DNA of 64,000 nucleotides from Vairimorpha necatrix (Eukaryota): NCBI GenBank assembly GCA_036630325.1, contig CP142735.1, positions 496,001 to 560,000 of the forward strand, read 5' to 3'. Shown piece by piece: positions 61,169 to 64,000 of this stretch (position 1 is its first letter; each line of letters starts with the position of its first letter). The notes under the pieces were generated by a model. It saw only the letters and a program-made list of their open reading frames with translations, ran no database searches and was not told where the DNA came from. The position numbers and the translations under genes were made by a program.

Positions 61169-64000
61169 TTTTGGGGAGTAAAATTTTTTTTTTTATTTAT
61201 ACTTTTAAAAAAAAGGAGGATTTTTTTTTGATGACATTTAATGTCATCAAATGTAAACTTAAAACTCCTTTTACAAATTATTCAGATTATTTTTCTTTAT
61301 CAAAATCAAAAAATTAAAAACCAATTTACTCTTTTTTGATAGCCGTTCTGGTGCGAAAATAAAAATTTTGATTTCTAATAAAAAATAACAAGTATGCATT
61401 TAAAAACAAAATAAAGTAAAAGCTTTTTCATTAATATGACTTTTATTATAATGTATCTTAGTATATCTTTTCAAAAAAGTAATGTTCAAGCTCTTTGAAA
61501 TTTCATAAATTACATATTAGAATTAAGAAAAACTTAAAAATTTTCATTTTTTGCACATACTGGATTTTAAATCTTCAGTTTACTCAACTGAAGCTACTGG
61601 CACTGTTATTACATTAATTTATTTTTGTTGTAATATGAATCCTAACGACATGTCAATTTTCACATTTAATTACTATCGAATTTTCTCAAAAAATTATTTG
61701 TTAAAAAATTTTGATAAAAAAGGAAGTAATCAGAAAATAACATCTCTAAAAAATAAAAGGAAGCTAAAATATCATAAAAGGGATTGAAACATTATTTAGT
61801 GGAATTTACTCAACGGGAAGAGTTTCCAAAACACAACTTGGGTTTAAATATTATTTTCCAGAAAATGTGTCTATCAAATTTTTCTTCTTATTTTTCCAAA
61901 AAAAATTGTGTGGCGAGTGAAAACAAAAGGAAGAGACAGTGACGACAACAACGGAAGAAGGATGTATTCCTTATCCTCTTACACTAGGAATGATTTAAGT
62001 AAGTTGGAGCAATTGATGTGCATAGATATACTAGAAAAGAAGTTGCAGGGAGGAACTCAACATGTGAAACTTACAGCTTCGCCATTTTTTGGCGGAAACG
62101 CCACAGAAATGTTTTCGATATTTAGTCAAATGAAAAGCCAGATATTTACTAGAGAATTTATCTATTTGAATACTGAATTTATTTGATTTAATTTAGATTC
62201 TAAAATGGAGAGATAAAATGTGGAGACAAAATAAAATAATTCTTTTTTACTTTATTTTTAATCATCTCAATTTATTTGTTTGACAATTCTTTACTATACA
62301 TGGAAATGTGTAACCAATATTAGCCTCGATCAATCCTTATGCAAATTTGTTGTATTAGTTTTTTAGATTGTTGTCATATGTAAAGAATATAGTAATATAT
62401 AAATAAATGAAATTTTAATATGAAAGTGAGATATCTCATACTGTACAAAATTTGTTTCTCTATGAAATAACACAAACATGATATATCTTTCTCGGGTGAA
62501 TATAAAAGCCAATGAATTACTTTAGACAAAGAATATAAATTTCATGTAAATTGTACTTATTAGATCTAAAACTGTTTTTAACTTCATAAAAAATACAATA
62601 TTATTGTCGCTACTTAAATTCAAAATCATGGAGACTAAAAAATTAAACATTAATTTTAACAAGAGTATTTTTATAGAGTCTCTGCAAAGTATCAATGATC
62701 TTTGGATATTTTTATATGAATCTGAACTCATATTATCTTCCATGTTTACTTTCATGATTCCTCATATTGTTCTCAATTCAATCTTCAATGACTCTCTATA
62801 TATATGTAACTTGTTTTCCCCAATAGTTGAAGCCAATTCTATGATTAACAACTTAATGAACAGATCTGATGCCAGTAACAGGAGAATGGTTAGGTGCATA
62901 GCCATAGATTCATATTTTCCATATAAGTACATACTCCAAAATAGCTCTGGTATTACAGGTGCACTTTATTAAAAACAATTTTTAATAAACAGTCGTTGAC
63001 TTCATTTTCTATGCCTCAAACAAAAAAAGTCGTGCCAGATATTTCCTTTCTTCAATAGGATTTGAAATAAAACGACCTCTAAGGATTGTTGTCTCGTCGA
63101 TTTATAAAGTTTCCCCTTATTTCTACAAAAATTGTAAAAATTTATTTCTTTGAAGAAATAGGCCTTTGAGAGAAGTAAATGTGTGCTCCAAGACCCCCAA
63201 ATTACCCAGACAATTAAGTTGTTCATTGTAAAAAGTAACATTTTTGAGACTTTTTATTTTTTTAAAGCTATATGTACAATAAAAGCATATTCCTTCCATG
63301 AAGTTTTTAGATTAGACGTAGTAATTAACCAACCCCGCACACTTTTTAGTGTATCTGTAAATTCTTAGAGCTAGAAGCACTTTATAGCTGCTTCTTCAAC
63401 AAATATTATGCTGTAGACTTTTCTAGTTTGCATTGAGAGCAAAGAATCAAAATTATAAATTACAGAGACATTTGGGATTTTTTTGAAGTATGTTTACAAT
63501 GATGATCGCGGTTTTTTAGCCATTTTGATTTTGAATTTAAAGAGCGCCAAAACAAGATTTACAACAACAAAAAATTATTATAAGGGCACAAGAATAAAAC
63601 AAATAATATATAGTCACAAATTAGAAATTAAAGAAGTTAAAAATAAAAAAAGTTCATATTATGAACTTTGATTTATAATTTGAGTTGTCAACTTAAACCT
63701 TTAAAAAATTATTTTTTTATACAGCCTAATATTTCAGTTCTTTTCCCGTGCTGACCACCTCGTCGTTCAAAAAACAACGCTAACAAAAAAAATTATCATT
63801 TGTTGGTAGAGGGCCAATGTATAAATGTATCATTTTTAAGTTTAATTTTTTTGCCAAATAGAATATTGACATAGATAACGTAATTTTTAGCAAGATGGTG
63901 ATCTAATTAAACGTGAAAATTGCAAAATTAAAGGAATAAATTTTTGACAAATACAAACACATATTTATAGAAAATTTAAACTACTGATCATTTATGTGTG

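Larger units (their letters stand above)
57275..64000. repeat. Segmental duplication, copy 2 (runs to the window end)
   Basis: Collinear with 37090-44730; carries empty sites for the Tc1 and Merlin insertions of copy 1. Confidence 0.9.

Overview
AT-rich, intron-free eukaryotic DNA, most consistent with a TE-rich microsporidian genome (compact Ufd2, SWIB/Snf12 and PDH-E1beta genes; CCC/GGG motifs just upstream of start codons). A small housekeeping island (13.8-19.7 kb: UFD2, tRNA-Glu(TTC), alpha/beta hydrolase, SWIB protein, PDB1) is surrounded by lineage-specific secreted or membrane-anchored proteins, two old segmental duplications and many, often nested, mobile elements. These include MULE, RLE-type LINEs, Gypsy, hAT, Tc1, pogo, Merlin and Ginger-like elements, most with termini and TSDs readable by eye. 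Two observations stand out. (1) Two young, intact non-autonomous LTR elements (Gag-only and Gag-protease) whose ORF starts inside the LTR and runs to the PPT. They carry a TTGAATTCAA palindrome where a tRNA primer-binding site should be, and share a terminal hairpin and a CCCCGG motif with two solo LTRs. (2) A decayed Gypsy element with 49-bp LTRs whose 3' LTR supplies the start codon and first residues of an intact 474-aa signal-peptide/TM host protein. All calls were made by manual reading; no database searches were run.
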